Shown in pieces: positions 1-10,795 of a DNA stretch of 64,000 bases; the stretch's first letter is position 1, and every line of letters begins with the position of its first letter. The translations under genes and the position numbers were made by a program. Origin of the DNA: Mizuhopecten yessoensis (lineage: Eukaryota). A model generated the notes under the pieces. It did no database searches and had not been told where the DNA came from. It worked only from the letters and a program-made list of their open reading frames with translations. Where the stretch lies: NCBI RefSeq assembly GCF_002113885.1, contig NW_018408622.1, positions 206,312-270,311 on the forward strand, in the 5' to 3' direction.

Positions 1-310
1 CCTCCCTCATTTTCTAAATCTTCGCCCCCGAAGACATCACTTTTAACAGCCAAGGTTCAGGTATCCCCATGTTTAGCATTCACCTATTACTTGAAACAAG
101 GGTTGGTCATAAAGGCACCGATTGTAGTAGGAGCAGAAAAAATGCATGGCCAGACCGGGGTTCAAACCTGGGACTCTCCGAATTCTAGAAGGAAGCTCTA
201 CTCATTGAGCTACAATGTATCTGGTTGCTGGAGATTGACAGAGTCAAGTTCCGCTACATTCCTTCCTTCTTTTTCTAAGGTTACAACCCAGGCTGCCTGA
301 GGCTTGTGAT
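1..310 (-). mobile_element. Non-autonomous LTR element (TRIM, Helenus-like) with a tRNA-like sequence in the LTR; probable tandem arrangement running off the window start
   Basis: Order on the minus strand: purine tract AGAAAAAGAAGGAAGGAA; LTR-like unit 258->123 bounded by TGTAG...CTACA and containing A-box TAGCTCAATGAGTAGAGC and B-box GGTTTGAACCCC; PBS-like ATCGGTGCC; ~120-bp internal part; second purine tract GAAAATGAGGGAGG at the window edge. Confidence 0.6.
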
Positions 311-706
311 AATTGTTCCACTTACTGTTAGTTTTAAAACGGCTACATATCATAGACACAGACTGTTTCCTAAACTATTTTGTATTATTCTTGCACTAAT
401 ATCTTTTAAAGTAAGTTTCTGTTCAGAATGATATAAGAAGTCAGCATTTCTTAAATTCGATACTAGAAAAGTAACTAACGTTTTATATAAATTTTCAGAT
501 ACACATGTAGTGATCATGAAATTATTTCAAAAAAATGAGGCAAACCTATTTTTAAGTTACAATTTATGTGTATAGATTAGACAGGTATCCAGGTTACACA
601 ACAATGTTAGTTTAGAAAGACTTGAGATGTTACAATAACTATGAACGGTACATAAATATATTAATTAATACTCAATACAAAAAAATGATTTCTCTTTAAT
701 TTGTAG

Positions 707-832
707 GACAAACGGATTATATTGGAAGTGGGGTGTGGTGTTGGAAACTTTATCTTCCCTCTTCTCGAGCAGGACAGTTCTCTGTACTTCCATGCCTGTG
801 ACTTCTCACCCAGAGCTGTTCAGTTTGTCAAG
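707..832 (+). CDS. METTL6: METTL6 (tRNA N3-methylcytidine methyltransferase), internal coding exon with SAM-binding motif I
   Basis: Acceptor ttgtag|GAC, donor AAG|gtacac; 126 nt, phase 0-0. Translates DKRIILEVGCGVGNFIFPLLEQDSSLYFHACDFSPRAVQFVK, matching METTL6 'LEAGCGVGNCLFPLLE...ACDFSPRA' (recalled family sequence). Upstream exons lie outside the window. Confidence 0.95.
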
Positions 833-1901
833 GTACACATCCACTATGGATAATGTTTGTGTACAGTTGAACTCCCTTAAATTGAACTAAATTGAAGATA
901 TGAATGTCTCAATGTGCAAACTTACGACAAAGTCCAGATTTTTTTTCTTGTTTAACGTTAACACTACCGATATTCCATGTATGAATCAAACTTTTAAAAG
1001 TCAAAATTCTTGCTGTTTTGAACTACAATCAATGCCCAATTGCTAGGAAAACATTGAAAATTATAACTTAAAATGTAAGTAAAACAATTACCTGTACACG
1101 AACTTTGAAATGTTAACTTCTGAACATGCAAATTTTAGTACACAAAACACATCAAACATATTTTTGTAATTACATTAAATTCACTTTTTTATAAATTTAA
1201 AATTAGATTGTTTGCCTTGTGTTCTGTCTTTTAACAACCACATTCGGTCTTATGCAGATTTCAAAGATGTTAGAAGTTTAACATTTTCTCTATGGTCCTG
1301 CAAAGTTTGAAACATCAAAGTTTGACTAATTTAAAGCTACTTCACATTAAATTCACGGCCAAGTACCCATTATTTTTGTTCTCTGACAAACTCAGCTGTT
1401 TTTATTTGAGAGCTGCATTCTTGACTACCTTGAATAATATACATATTTTCCTTTCCTCATGGTCAAATAATTGACAAGGATTTGAATTCACAGATTGTGT
1501 TCAGACCACAAACATATAGCAGATATGAAAACCCTTGAAATATAACAACATGCAGCATGTATAGGAATGTTTTGCTTTTTAAGTACATGTATGTATATAT
1601 ATGGTCTACATTGAATACACTTTACAATTTTATTTCATTTATAGTTTTGATAGAGGAATATAAAGTCAGATAACCTGCCACATATACACAATGATCATAT
1701 TTATATATGTTATACACTTGTACAATTATTTAAAGATCCCCATATATACCACTGCCAAACCAGTAACTATGCATTGTAAACTGTTTTCCCGTCATGACTA
1801 TAGATTTGATGGATCATTTCTAAAAAGAAAACCATACCCTACAGGACTTTTATAAAAGAAAATGATGAAGATGAAATTAACAAAATATAATCACCATTAC
1901 A

Positions 1902-2031
1902 TGTAGTGCTCCAAGTGTAAAATTCAGCAGAGCTATACCGAGTTTCCAAACCTGGACTATAGATTAATATACTATCGCTCTAACCGAATGAGCTACATGG
2001 ATTAAAGAGTCCAGACTCAACTTTGGCTACA
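1902..2031 (-). mobile_element. Degenerate solo LTR-like copy with tRNA-like internal promoter
   Basis: TGTAG...CTACA termini. Minus strand TGTAGCCAAAGTTGAGTC...TAGCTCATTCGGTTAGAGCG...CAGGTTTGGAAACTC resembles the 123-258 unit. No clear TSD. Confidence 0.5.
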
Positions 2032-2296
2032 GTTATATTTTCGAGAAAAATAAGGAGAAGTGCATTACAGTATATAGAAAAAACATACAGTGCAGTGGGA
2101 CAGGGATTTTTCAGTAGATCTTATCAATGAAATCTATAATTGTTTGGAACTTTTCACAAAGACATACATACATTAAGTATTCTTTGCAGGTTGAACCCAC
2201 CACTGGTGAAAACGTAGATTCTATAAAATCAAACTAAGTTCAGATGTACATATATATGTGTGATTGTATACCATTGCTTACAATAATGACTTACAG

Positions 2297-2467
2297 GAAA
2301 ATCCGCTCTACGACCCGAAAAGATGTAATGCCTTCCAGTGTGACATCACATCGGACCCACTGACCAATCAAATGCCAGACAATTCGGTCCACCTGGTGTC
2401 CATGATATTTGTCCTGTCCGCCATTCATCCAGACAAAATGGCCGCTGCATTATCCAACATTTCCAAG
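2297..2467 (+). CDS. METTL6: METTL6 internal coding exon
   Basis: Acceptor ttacag|GAA, donor AAG|gtactt; 171 nt, phase 0-0. ENPLYDPKRCNAFQCDITSDPLTNQMPDNSVHLVSMIFVLSAIHPDKMAAALSNISK contains the METTL2/6 'IFVLSAxHPDKM' motif. Confidence 0.95.
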
Positions 2468-3245
2468 GTACTTATTGACGTTTAATGAACATCGATTTCT
2501 TTATTACTGAATCTAAGTATACAAACATTTCTATTCTTTTTATTATCTATTAATTTCCTTTCGCATTATTTTTTAAATGGATGTTCACTTACCGTGATAC
2601 ACATACAAAGTACAGTGCCATCCTTAAAAGAAAGTTTGTTTGCAGATTCCAGTCCACTTCACTACAAAATGCACTGACTCATACTTTTTCTGAAACTTGT
2701 AATTTATCAATTTGTTTTGCTTAAAAAACTCTGAAACTTACTTTTTTCATATATATATAGGAATATGACTTTTCTTGAAATAAAAAAAAACAAAACAAAA
2801 AACAACAAAATCTGTTACATACCTTCAGTACTCCCTGGAAAAATGTGTTCATAATTCTGCAAACAAACAATTTTTTGAAAGATGGCCAAGTAAAGCCTAA
2901 AGTGTTGCCATATTTGTTACTGATAAAATAATCTGACCACCAGCAGTTCAATTGTCCCGCTATCCATCTTGCCAGATTACTTTATGGACAATTAAACTGT
3001 CCCATTAATTCAGCTGACATAGACTTGGTCAACAAGAGCGACAGAGTCAATAACTCTCCAATGTTATATCAGTGGTGGTCTCTATAAAAACAAAATCTGA
3101 AAAAAGGATACATGTGTTTAGATATGGTCACAAAAACATTTGATCCAATATTTTTCCTGATTTGACTCTGACATGAGACCCTCGATACTTTACTTTATGT
3201 ATACATGCTGATGATAAAGAGTTAAGTCCCTTGTTTTTTTTTAAG

Positions 3246-3387
3246 GTGCTGCGACCAGGTGGTTTCCTGCTGTTTCGTGATTACGGGTTGTATGATTACG
3301 CCATGCTGAGGTTTCAACCCGGACACAAGCTGTCGGAGAACTTTTACGTAAGACAAGATGGCACCAGGGCATTCTACTTCACCACTG
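3246..3387 (+). CDS. METTL6: METTL6 internal coding exon
   Basis: Poly-T acceptor ttttaag|GTG, donor ACTG|gtaagt; 142 nt, phase 0-1. VLRPGGFLLFRDYGLYDYAMLRFQPGHKLSENFYVRQDGTRAFYFTT contains the 'FRDYGxYDxAMLRF...ENFYVRQDGTR' signature. Confidence 0.95.
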
Positions 3388-4157
3388 GTAAGTTAGGATA
3401 TTAAAAAAACTTATTTAGATCTTATACATTAGACGGGATTTGGTCAGCATGTCCTTCTTCTGTACTGGTATGATCTGTCCTTAAATCAATATTTAAAGAA
3501 CTGCCCTGATATTAGAAGTGTTGGAGAAAATAAATTACGTTTTTTTCTTTATATTTTATATGTTTTACATATATATATGCAAGTACATGTACTTTGTATT
3601 ACCTTCATGTGAGAAAACAGGGGAAAAGTGAGAAAAAAAACATTTCCGTCTAAATATCTTGATTCCATATACAAAATCCTGTGCTGCTTCAGCTTTGAAT
3701 TCCTGATATATTAGCTGTCATGATAAATTGTCCAGGTATACATTACCAACACTGCAAGTAGAGTACATGTCTTTCTGTGATTAATCATAAATCTTTCTTA
3801 TCACAATCTACCCTTCCTGTCAAGAAATGATCATGAGATGATTTGTACCAAAACAAATTATTCAGACATAAGTAAAACATTAAAATTCAATATATATATC
3901 TATGGGTTATTATTCATTTCTTGTTCAAGTCCTCACAAATACAATGTACCAAAAAAGTATGTAATCAGAAAATAATCATGCAAACTCATGTTCACAAATT
4001 ACAGGTGATATAAGGAAATTGATACAATTTAACAATTTTATAAAATATAGAAATACTTCTACTTTTAATCTACATGGGTTAATTGTTGTCATGTTTAAAC
4101 ATGATTATCATGTATTGAGTTCTGCTCCTGATTTCTTGGAATTTGCCTTGTTTTTAG

Positions 4158-4648
4158 AACTGCTGACAGAGTTGGTGACAGAAGCAGGGTTTATTGTCCG
4201 TGAGTGTGACTATGTACAGAGAGAGACCGTCAATAAAAAGGAAGGACTGAGTGTTCCCCGGATATTCGTACAGGGCAAGTTTGTCAAACCAAATCTTAAA
4301 GACAGCTCAACCGCTAAGGAGGGTGACTGTTTTGCTGATTGCAAGTCTTTAAATGATGGAAGCACTGGATGTCATACAGACTCCCAAAGGACAAATGAAT
4401 GCGTGCCAGAAACGAAGATACACACAGACCCAACATGTGATCATGTGTCAGGTTCACAAATATGTACAGACATAATAGGCAATGTGTCAGGCTTACAAAT
4501 ATGTACAGACTCAGCAGAAAATGTGTCAGAATCACATATATGTACAGACTCAGCAGAAAATGTGTCAGAATCACAAATATGTGCAGACTCAACAGAAAAT
4601 GTGTCGCATCCTCATCGGACAGAGTTACCTGAAAATTTGATTAAGTGA
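4158..4648 (+). CDS. METTL6: METTL6 last coding exon (conserved core end plus repeat-containing C-terminal extension)
   Basis: Acceptor tttttag|AA completes phase-1 codon G+AA (Glu). Reads ELLTELVTEAGFIVRECDYVQRETVNKKEGLSVPRIFVQGKFVKP (METTL6-specific RETVNKKEGLxVPR) and stays open to the TGA ending at 4648. The first 46 aa of ORF 4019..4648 are intronic. Confidence 0.92.
4443..4606 (+). repeat. Coding 39-bp (13-aa) tandem repeat, about 4.2 copies, in the METTL6 tail
   Basis: Units starting ATGTGTCAG at 4443, 4482, 4521 and 4560, with a partial unit at 4599; protein consensus NVS(G/E)SQICTDSAE. Confidence 0.9.
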
Positions 4649-4840
4649 TCTAGACAAAAGGTCAAATACTCATTTGACAGACACAAAAAGTAGCTCTACT
4701 TATAATGAGTGTTTTGCTGAAACAGACAGCACATCATCACTTTCCCTGGGGCCATTTAGTACATCTGGTAACATGTAGGCTGGTCAGTACTGTGACTTAA
4801 TATATTAACTATGTGAGTCAGTCCAAACAGTGATCGTTTG

Positions 4841-5570
4841 ATAGAATCATTCCCCACCTTAGGGGTAACACAGAAAAACTCGACCCAAGGGGTAAGGCTC
4901 TTATATATCTAGCCTGAGGCTTTTTCACCACCTTGGGGGTAAGACAGAAAATCTACACCCAAGGCTTAAGATTCTTAAAGTCTAGCTCGAGGCTTTTTTC
5001 ACCACCTTTGAGGTAAGACAGAAAAATCTCTGCCCACAGGGTAAGGCTATTAAATATCTAGCCTGAGGCTTTTTCCCCACCTTGGGGGTTAGACAGAAAA
5101 TCTACACCCAAGGCTTAAGATTCTTAAAGTCTAGCTCAAGGCTATTTCCCCACCTTGGGGTAAAGTCAGAAAAATCTCTGCCCAAGGGGTAAAGTTCTTA
5201 AATGTTTAGCCCAAGGCTCTGCCGCGGGCCAGACATTTAAGAATCGTACCCCTTCCGCAGAGATTTTTCTGTCTTGCTTCCAAAGTGGTGAATGATTATT
5301 TTTCTCCCGACTTCAATACAAGAGTCGTTGAATGAAACATGATCGCATTGGTTGTATGGGTTTGCAGCAAACCGAATGAGATACCTGCTGCGATCTGCTC
5401 TTGTTGGCGTGATGTCAAAGAATTGTTGAAATAATGTCAGTGCATTGTTGACGTGATCGACGTTGTACAACTGTTACGACAGGGGAATCCCTCATCGTCA
5501 CCCTAGGATAAGACAGAGATTTCTTTCCCTGACCAGAATTGTGAATATATTTGTCTCATGTGGGAGAAAT
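4841..5570. mobile_element. Palindromic non-autonomous DNA element (possibly Crypton-like) with a 74-bp tandem-amplified arm
   Basis: Five ~74-bp units start at 4852, 4926, 5000, 5075 and 5148. A central hairpin TAGCCCAAGGC-TCT-GCCGCGGGCCAG lies at ~5207-5232. Bases 5239-5303 are an inverted copy of one unit, with further related sequence to ~5570. Family assignment is from memory of similar invertebrate elements. Confidence 0.55.
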
Positions 5571-6237
5571 ACAATGACTCCCTACACTAACTCAGTGACT
5601 CCATACATTGAGTCTGTGACTCAATCCAGGAGTGACTGTTATACAATACAATGAATTAGCAACTTTGTAGAGCGACTCATTACAGTAATGAAATGTTCTG
5701 TAAAACCCTCAAATGAGAGTGTTTTACCCCAATTGTTTGCTGTACACCGATCTTCTATAGAGCTATCCCATAAAACTAAGTGCATGGGGGTATAGAATCT
5801 TGAAAACCTATAAAACATACCAAAATCAAAATTCATGGGGAACACTTGAGTTACTCAGTGACTATACATTGACTCAATATCCATACTTTCATTCTTGTTC
5901 CATACACTAACTCAGTGATACCATACAAGAGTGACTCATTGACTCAATATTGACTCAGTGACTCTATGAAAAACTTGATATGGACAGCAGATTTAATACA
6001 TTTAATATGACTCAATACAATGACCCAGGGTTACCCAGAAATAAAACATAAAAAATAAACAAGGCAAAGACTAGACAGAGACATATATACTACATGTCTC
6101 TGAACTAGAGAACTAAAAAACATCACTCGTTAGAATTAGCGATTCACTTGTCCAAATTCTGTTAAAGCATATTCATAACATCAACCTCCAGGAGTTAAGT
6201 CAGGAATTGTGTTGTTACATGTATAGACTCAACTTTT

Positions 6238-6930
6238 CAACAAAAAAAAGCATTCATCCAACAAAAAAAGTAAGTATTCATCCAACAAAAAAAGTATTCA
6301 TCCAACAAAAAAAGCATTCACCCAACAAAACAAGTATTCATCCAACAAAAAAAAAGCATTCATCCAACAAAAAAAGTATTCATCCAACAAAAAAAGTATT
6401 CACCAAACAAAAAAAGCATTCACCCAACAAAAAAAGCATTCATCCAACAAAGAAAGCATTCATCCAACAAAAAAAGTATTCATCCAACAAAAAAAGTATT
6501 CACCAAACAAAAAAACCATTCACCAAACAAAAAAAGCATTCATCCAACAAAAAAAGCATTCATCCAACAAAAAAAGTATTCACCAAACAAAAAAAGTATT
6601 CACCCAACAAAAAAAGTATTCATCCAACAAAAAAAGTATTCATCCAACAAAAAAAGTATTCAGCCAACAAAAAAAGTATTCACCAAACAAAAAAAGTATT
6701 CATCCAACAAAAAAAAAAGCATTCATCCAACAAAAACAGTATTCACCAAACAAAAAAAGCATTCATCCAACAAAAAAAGTATTCATCCAACAAAAAAAAA
6801 GTATTCATCCAACAAAAAAAGTATTCATCCAACAAAAAAAAGTATTCATCCAACAAAAAAAAGTATTCATCCAACAAAAAAAGTATTCATCCAACAAAAA
6901 AAGCATTCATCCAACAAAAAAAGTATTCAT
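6238..6930. repeat. ~20-bp minisatellite (AAGTATTCATCCAACAAAAA)n, about 34 copies
   Basis: Directly visible array with variable A-run length and AAGTATT/AAGCATT and CATCC/CACCA variants. It explains the spurious Lys-rich ORF 6207..6992. Confidence 0.95.
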
Positions 6931-8009
6931 GCAGCCAGTTCTCACTCATCCGTTATGATCGAGAGCATAACAGCGCTTTGCTGGATTCCTGATATGAGTG
7001 ATGGTATGTTCTAGCCCCTACCATTGATTTTATACAATGTCTGTACAGAGTGACTATACGTAAGGATTGAGCGGCATTTGTTTTCAATTTCATGCTGCCA
7101 GTATAAACCCAAATTGATTACACACATATTCCATGGTAAACATGTATGTACGCGGTTTGCATTAATACCAGCATGAACGTTGAAAAAACACAATTCAAAT
7201 CCTTTTTTATTTCCATTCTAATTTTTAGTTATCATTGACCTAAACAAGGATATTCCCTTATGTGTCTGTGTCGCCAGAGTGCAAAAGAAATTCCTAGAAC
7301 AGCCTAACGTCACCCAGATGTTTACTTCTAATAGCAATCTCATGTTAATTGAGGCGGGAGGAGAAGCTTCAAAATGACACCGATCCTATTGCGTCCATCG
7401 ATGCTTAACCTGCCTAGTAGAAACGTAAATAATAAAGGAGTGCCATGTTCTCTAAAGTGTACAGACAAAGACGGAAAGAATCATGGCAACATTTGTAATA
7501 GCTGTGCAGGATTTGTGATTGTCTTTCATCAATAAACATAAACCGACACCTGATTTGTATTTACTTGTCTTATGTATCTTTCTCATTATTCACTAGTATT
7601 TCCATTTCAAGAGTCTGCAAAATTTTCTTCGACTTGAAATCAAAGATTTGACTTTTTTACACCTAGCAAACAGAAATATAGTAAATCCTTGACTGATACT
7701 TCATTCTTTCCAATAAGGTTCATGCAATCTTTGATAATACCATAAGAAATCGAGAAACATGTTGATTGGTATTTTGAAAATTATGTGTGTCGAAGGTAGT
7801 CTTGGTTATTGAGACTCATATCTAAAAATGTGTACGGTGAGGTGTACGAAAAATTGTGAATTGCCTAATAAAATAATTTGTAAATTTAACGCAACATTCA
7901 AATAATATTTAAATTTGAACAGCAATATGTCTTTCGTTTGTAAAAAGGTGACATTCCAAAAAACAATGAAAGACATTCTCACAGAGATGACCACAACTAC
8001 AAGCTTCAC

Positions 8010-9185
8010 TCGATCTCAACAAGGTTCATTCTAAAGAGGTCGTAATTAAGGGAATGGCACTTGTGTCTGAGCTTTGTTTGCAACATATCAAGTTTACGAT
8101 ATCCAAGTTTAAAGTAGGTAGATGGAATTGATTGTATATTTGACGTTTAACAGGGTTTTAATGAATTTATAGCGGGCAAGGATCGAACCGAGTTTTCTTA
8201 GCTATTCCAAAAATGAAGTATTCTGTTTAAAGTTTCTTGAATTTCTAGACAAGATGATGATGATGACTTTAATAATGACTTATCGTCTGAAAAAAGATGA
8301 GATGTTGATTCAAAATCATCTGCTATGTCATTGATAAATATGAGAAATAAAAGTGGACCAAGGATAGAGCCTTGTTGAACCCCTGGCTCAACTAGACCGA
8401 CAGAGGAATATTAACATTCTGGTGTCTCTGAGACATGCTTTTATAGCCATATACAGTTGTAAGTAAACAATACACCTGAAATTCCGTACAATTTGAACTT
8501 CATAAGACCTCTATGCCAAACCCTATCAGAAGTGTTGGATACAACACATATGTTTGTTTTCCCTAAGGTGCAAATACATACTTGGTAATAAATATCAATG
8601 AGTTGGTACACTGTAGAATTACAATGCATAACAAGACGCCCAGAGGGCCTGTATCACTCACCTGTTTCTTTTGTTACATGCAACTGACATATAGGTAACT
8701 TAAGACCAAATTTGGTAACTAGAACACAAGAGATTTTAATATCTCTTAAACGGTTCTGAAGATATTGTTGTTTGAAACCTGAAATTTTAATGTTAAAGCT
8801 TTTAACTCATATTGACCTTTGACTCCCGACTTGCACTTAAAGTTGACCTTTGACCGCATTACTGTAATAAAGAAAACAATTCACACAGCTGGTCTACATA
8901 ACATACCCAAGTATCATGACTCTAGTCCAAACGGTTCTTAGGATATTGTTGTTTGAAGTTTTTAACACAATTGACACCAGTCACCTTGGAAGTAGGTCAA
9001 GGTAATTTTAATGAGGAAAATATATAACACTTCATCCCAGGTACATGNTGATCTCATAACTGTAACTGAGAAAAAGTCGTTCAAAAGAAAAAGTTGACGG
9101 ACGGACGACGGACGCCGCAGTACGGCATAAGCTCACATGGCCCCAACACTACTGATATTTGTAAAACAAAGAATTTTCTATAAAA
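8010..9185 (-). mobile_element. Decayed CR1/L2-type LINE ORF2 (reverse transcriptase), internally deleted and interrupted by a HINE
   Basis: Minus-strand fragments in the expected order: NSLFYKYQ (~9153-9176); STVYQLIDIYYQVC...DRVWHRGL..KLYGISG (8441-8629); GVQQGSILGPLLFLIFINDI followed by an F-x-DD-like motif (8280-8385); C-terminal YFKLGYRKLDMLQTKLRHKCHSLNYDLFRMNL (8015-8120). Stops and frameshifts are present. Confidence 0.85.
8630..9143 (-). mobile_element. Bivalve Helentron-associated non-autonomous element (HINE/pearl-like), truncated
   Basis: AACAAGACGCCCAGAGGGCCTGTATCACTCACCTG at one end; GACG microsatellite plus GGCATAAGCTCACATGGCCC at the other; ~181-bp internal repeat (AACGGTTCT...GATATTGTTGTTTGAA at ~8749 and ~8930); N at 9048. 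Confidence 0.75.
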
Positions 9186-9586
9186 AATGTATTTTAAAAA
9201 TCTATTTTGCAGTAATTCATTAAATATACTGTAGATACTTTCGTTTAACAAAGTGAGTTTATAAGACTAATAAGTGAGTAGTGAATTTTGTCAGAGTTAT
9301 TTCCCTTAGACTACTGAGCGCGCCGATAACATCGATCGTTGTGACGTTTCGGTGCGGCCTCTTTTCATCCTGACTATTTACCTCCGTATTCTTACTAGTT
9401 TGGGTCCTAATCAGTTATCCGCTTACCGTTTCATGTCAATGTCGAGGATAATGAATCATCTAGTCATAGAACATAGAAAGGACGTACATATATAGATTGA
9501 TAACCAAACACCAGATACAAATGTACACATTGTAGCTGGAACCACGGACTTAGATGCTGGAACCGATAGTGCTGAAATTAAAAATG

Positions 9587-9752
9587 CAGTGGCGGATCCA
9601 GAGACCTATCTGGGGGGTTTCCAAATTTCCTGGGGGGGGGGTTCCATGTGGGGAAAAATTGAGGAAAATAGTGAAAACACATGATTTTTAAAGAAAATTC
9701 TCAGGGATGGGGGTTTCCTGAAGCCCAAAAAAAACCTCTGGATCCGCCACTG
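9587..9752. mobile_element. MITE with 17-bp TIRs and a 5-bp TSD
   Basis: CAGTGGCGGATCCAGAG ... CTCTGGATCCGCCACTG, flanked on both sides by AAATG (9582-9586 and 9753-9757); internal GGGGGTTTCC repeats. Confidence 0.9.
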
Positions 9753-10019
9753 AAATGTGTTAGGTGTATGATAAGTATCATTTAGAAGGTTTATATATCT
9801 GAGACGAAAATTTATAACAAATACATACAACCATGTTCAATAAGCTAAACCACGGAATTAGATTATCTAAGTCTGTGGCTAAACTGAATGATAAACTATT
9901 TGTAGCCTTTTCAGTAGCTGGTAGAAACATTGAAAAAGTGATGGAGTCGCAACGCTCAATAATGATAAAAATGCGTCTAAATGTGATATTCTTACATTTT
10001 AAGATATTTATTAAAATAG

Positions 10020-10110
10020 ATAGCTCAGTCGGTTGGAGAGATAGTGTACATGTCACAATCTGAAGTCCATGGTTCGAATCCCTGTCTAGCCCCTCTGAAT
10101 TATTGCACCG
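10020..10110 (+). mobile_element. tRNA-like repeat fragment (same family as 1902-2031)
   Basis: TAGCTCAGTCGGTTGGAGAGATAGTG...GGTTCGAATCCCTGTCTAGCCCCTCTGAATT carries A and B boxes and aligns with the reverse complement of about 1915-1996. No proper acceptor or anticodon stem, so not a tRNA gene. Confidence 0.55.
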
Positions 10111-10639
10111 AAAACATAATTATTGATTGTTTCATCTTTATTATTTCTCATAAATGAAAGTCCGGTAAGGTATGGTTATCTTTTCAGAAATTATTTGTCA
10201 AACTATATATAGTAAGCCGGAAAAAAACAGTTTCCAACACTTAGTTACAGTTGTTGCAGTGGTACGAGGAAAATTAATGAAATGCATAGGAGTTATTCCC
10301 CTTCCTCCATATGCAAGCCTTAAGTCGACTGTAATATCTTAGTGTTTTTGGCTCTGTATTGTTTTAAGTTCGACAAATGAGGTTATTGTGGGCTAATATC
10401 CTTATCAGATGACGAAGCATTAAGATAGTTTACGACTGTGATCAAATGTTATACATTGCATACTTTATTACACACTTTTGTTGTGTAGTATGTCTTGAAA
10501 AATAAAATCCCGCGTATTTTTTAAATATACTTTTACACCCCATGTTTTTAGACTGATATCTGCTATTTTAAACAGCTACTTGTGTACATGTGCTTTTAAT
10601 AAATGATAGTGCTAACCTAGTTGAAAATGAAATGTGACG

Positions 10640-10795
10640 TATGAGTGAAGTATTGACTTTGTAACTGTTCTATTATGCAATGTGTATGTCCTGTATGTTA
10701 GTCGGTTTTAATACAGTAGCTCCTTAGAGCTAATGTTGTATTGTTATACCATGTACCGACTCTAAATAAAACTTTTGACTTTGACTTTGACTTGA
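10640..10795 (+). mobile_element. 3' end of a non-LTR retrotransposon
   Basis: Stem AGTCGGT...ACCGACT followed by AATAAAA and a (TTTGAC/TTGAC)n tail, typical of CR1/L2-group 3' ends. Confidence 0.5.

Noticed and set aside
148-213. tRNA gene (also 10020-10092 and ~1930-1996)
   Set aside because: A/B boxes are present, but acceptor and anticodon stems do not form properly and the sequences sit in dispersed repeat units.
4314-4592. Minus-strand hydrophobic repeat ORF
   Set aside because: Antisense reading of the 39-bp METTL6 coding repeat.
6207-6992. 261-aa Lys-rich ORF
   Set aside because: It is a translation of a 20-bp minisatellite whose unit lacks stop codons; it has a non-ATG start and no splice context.
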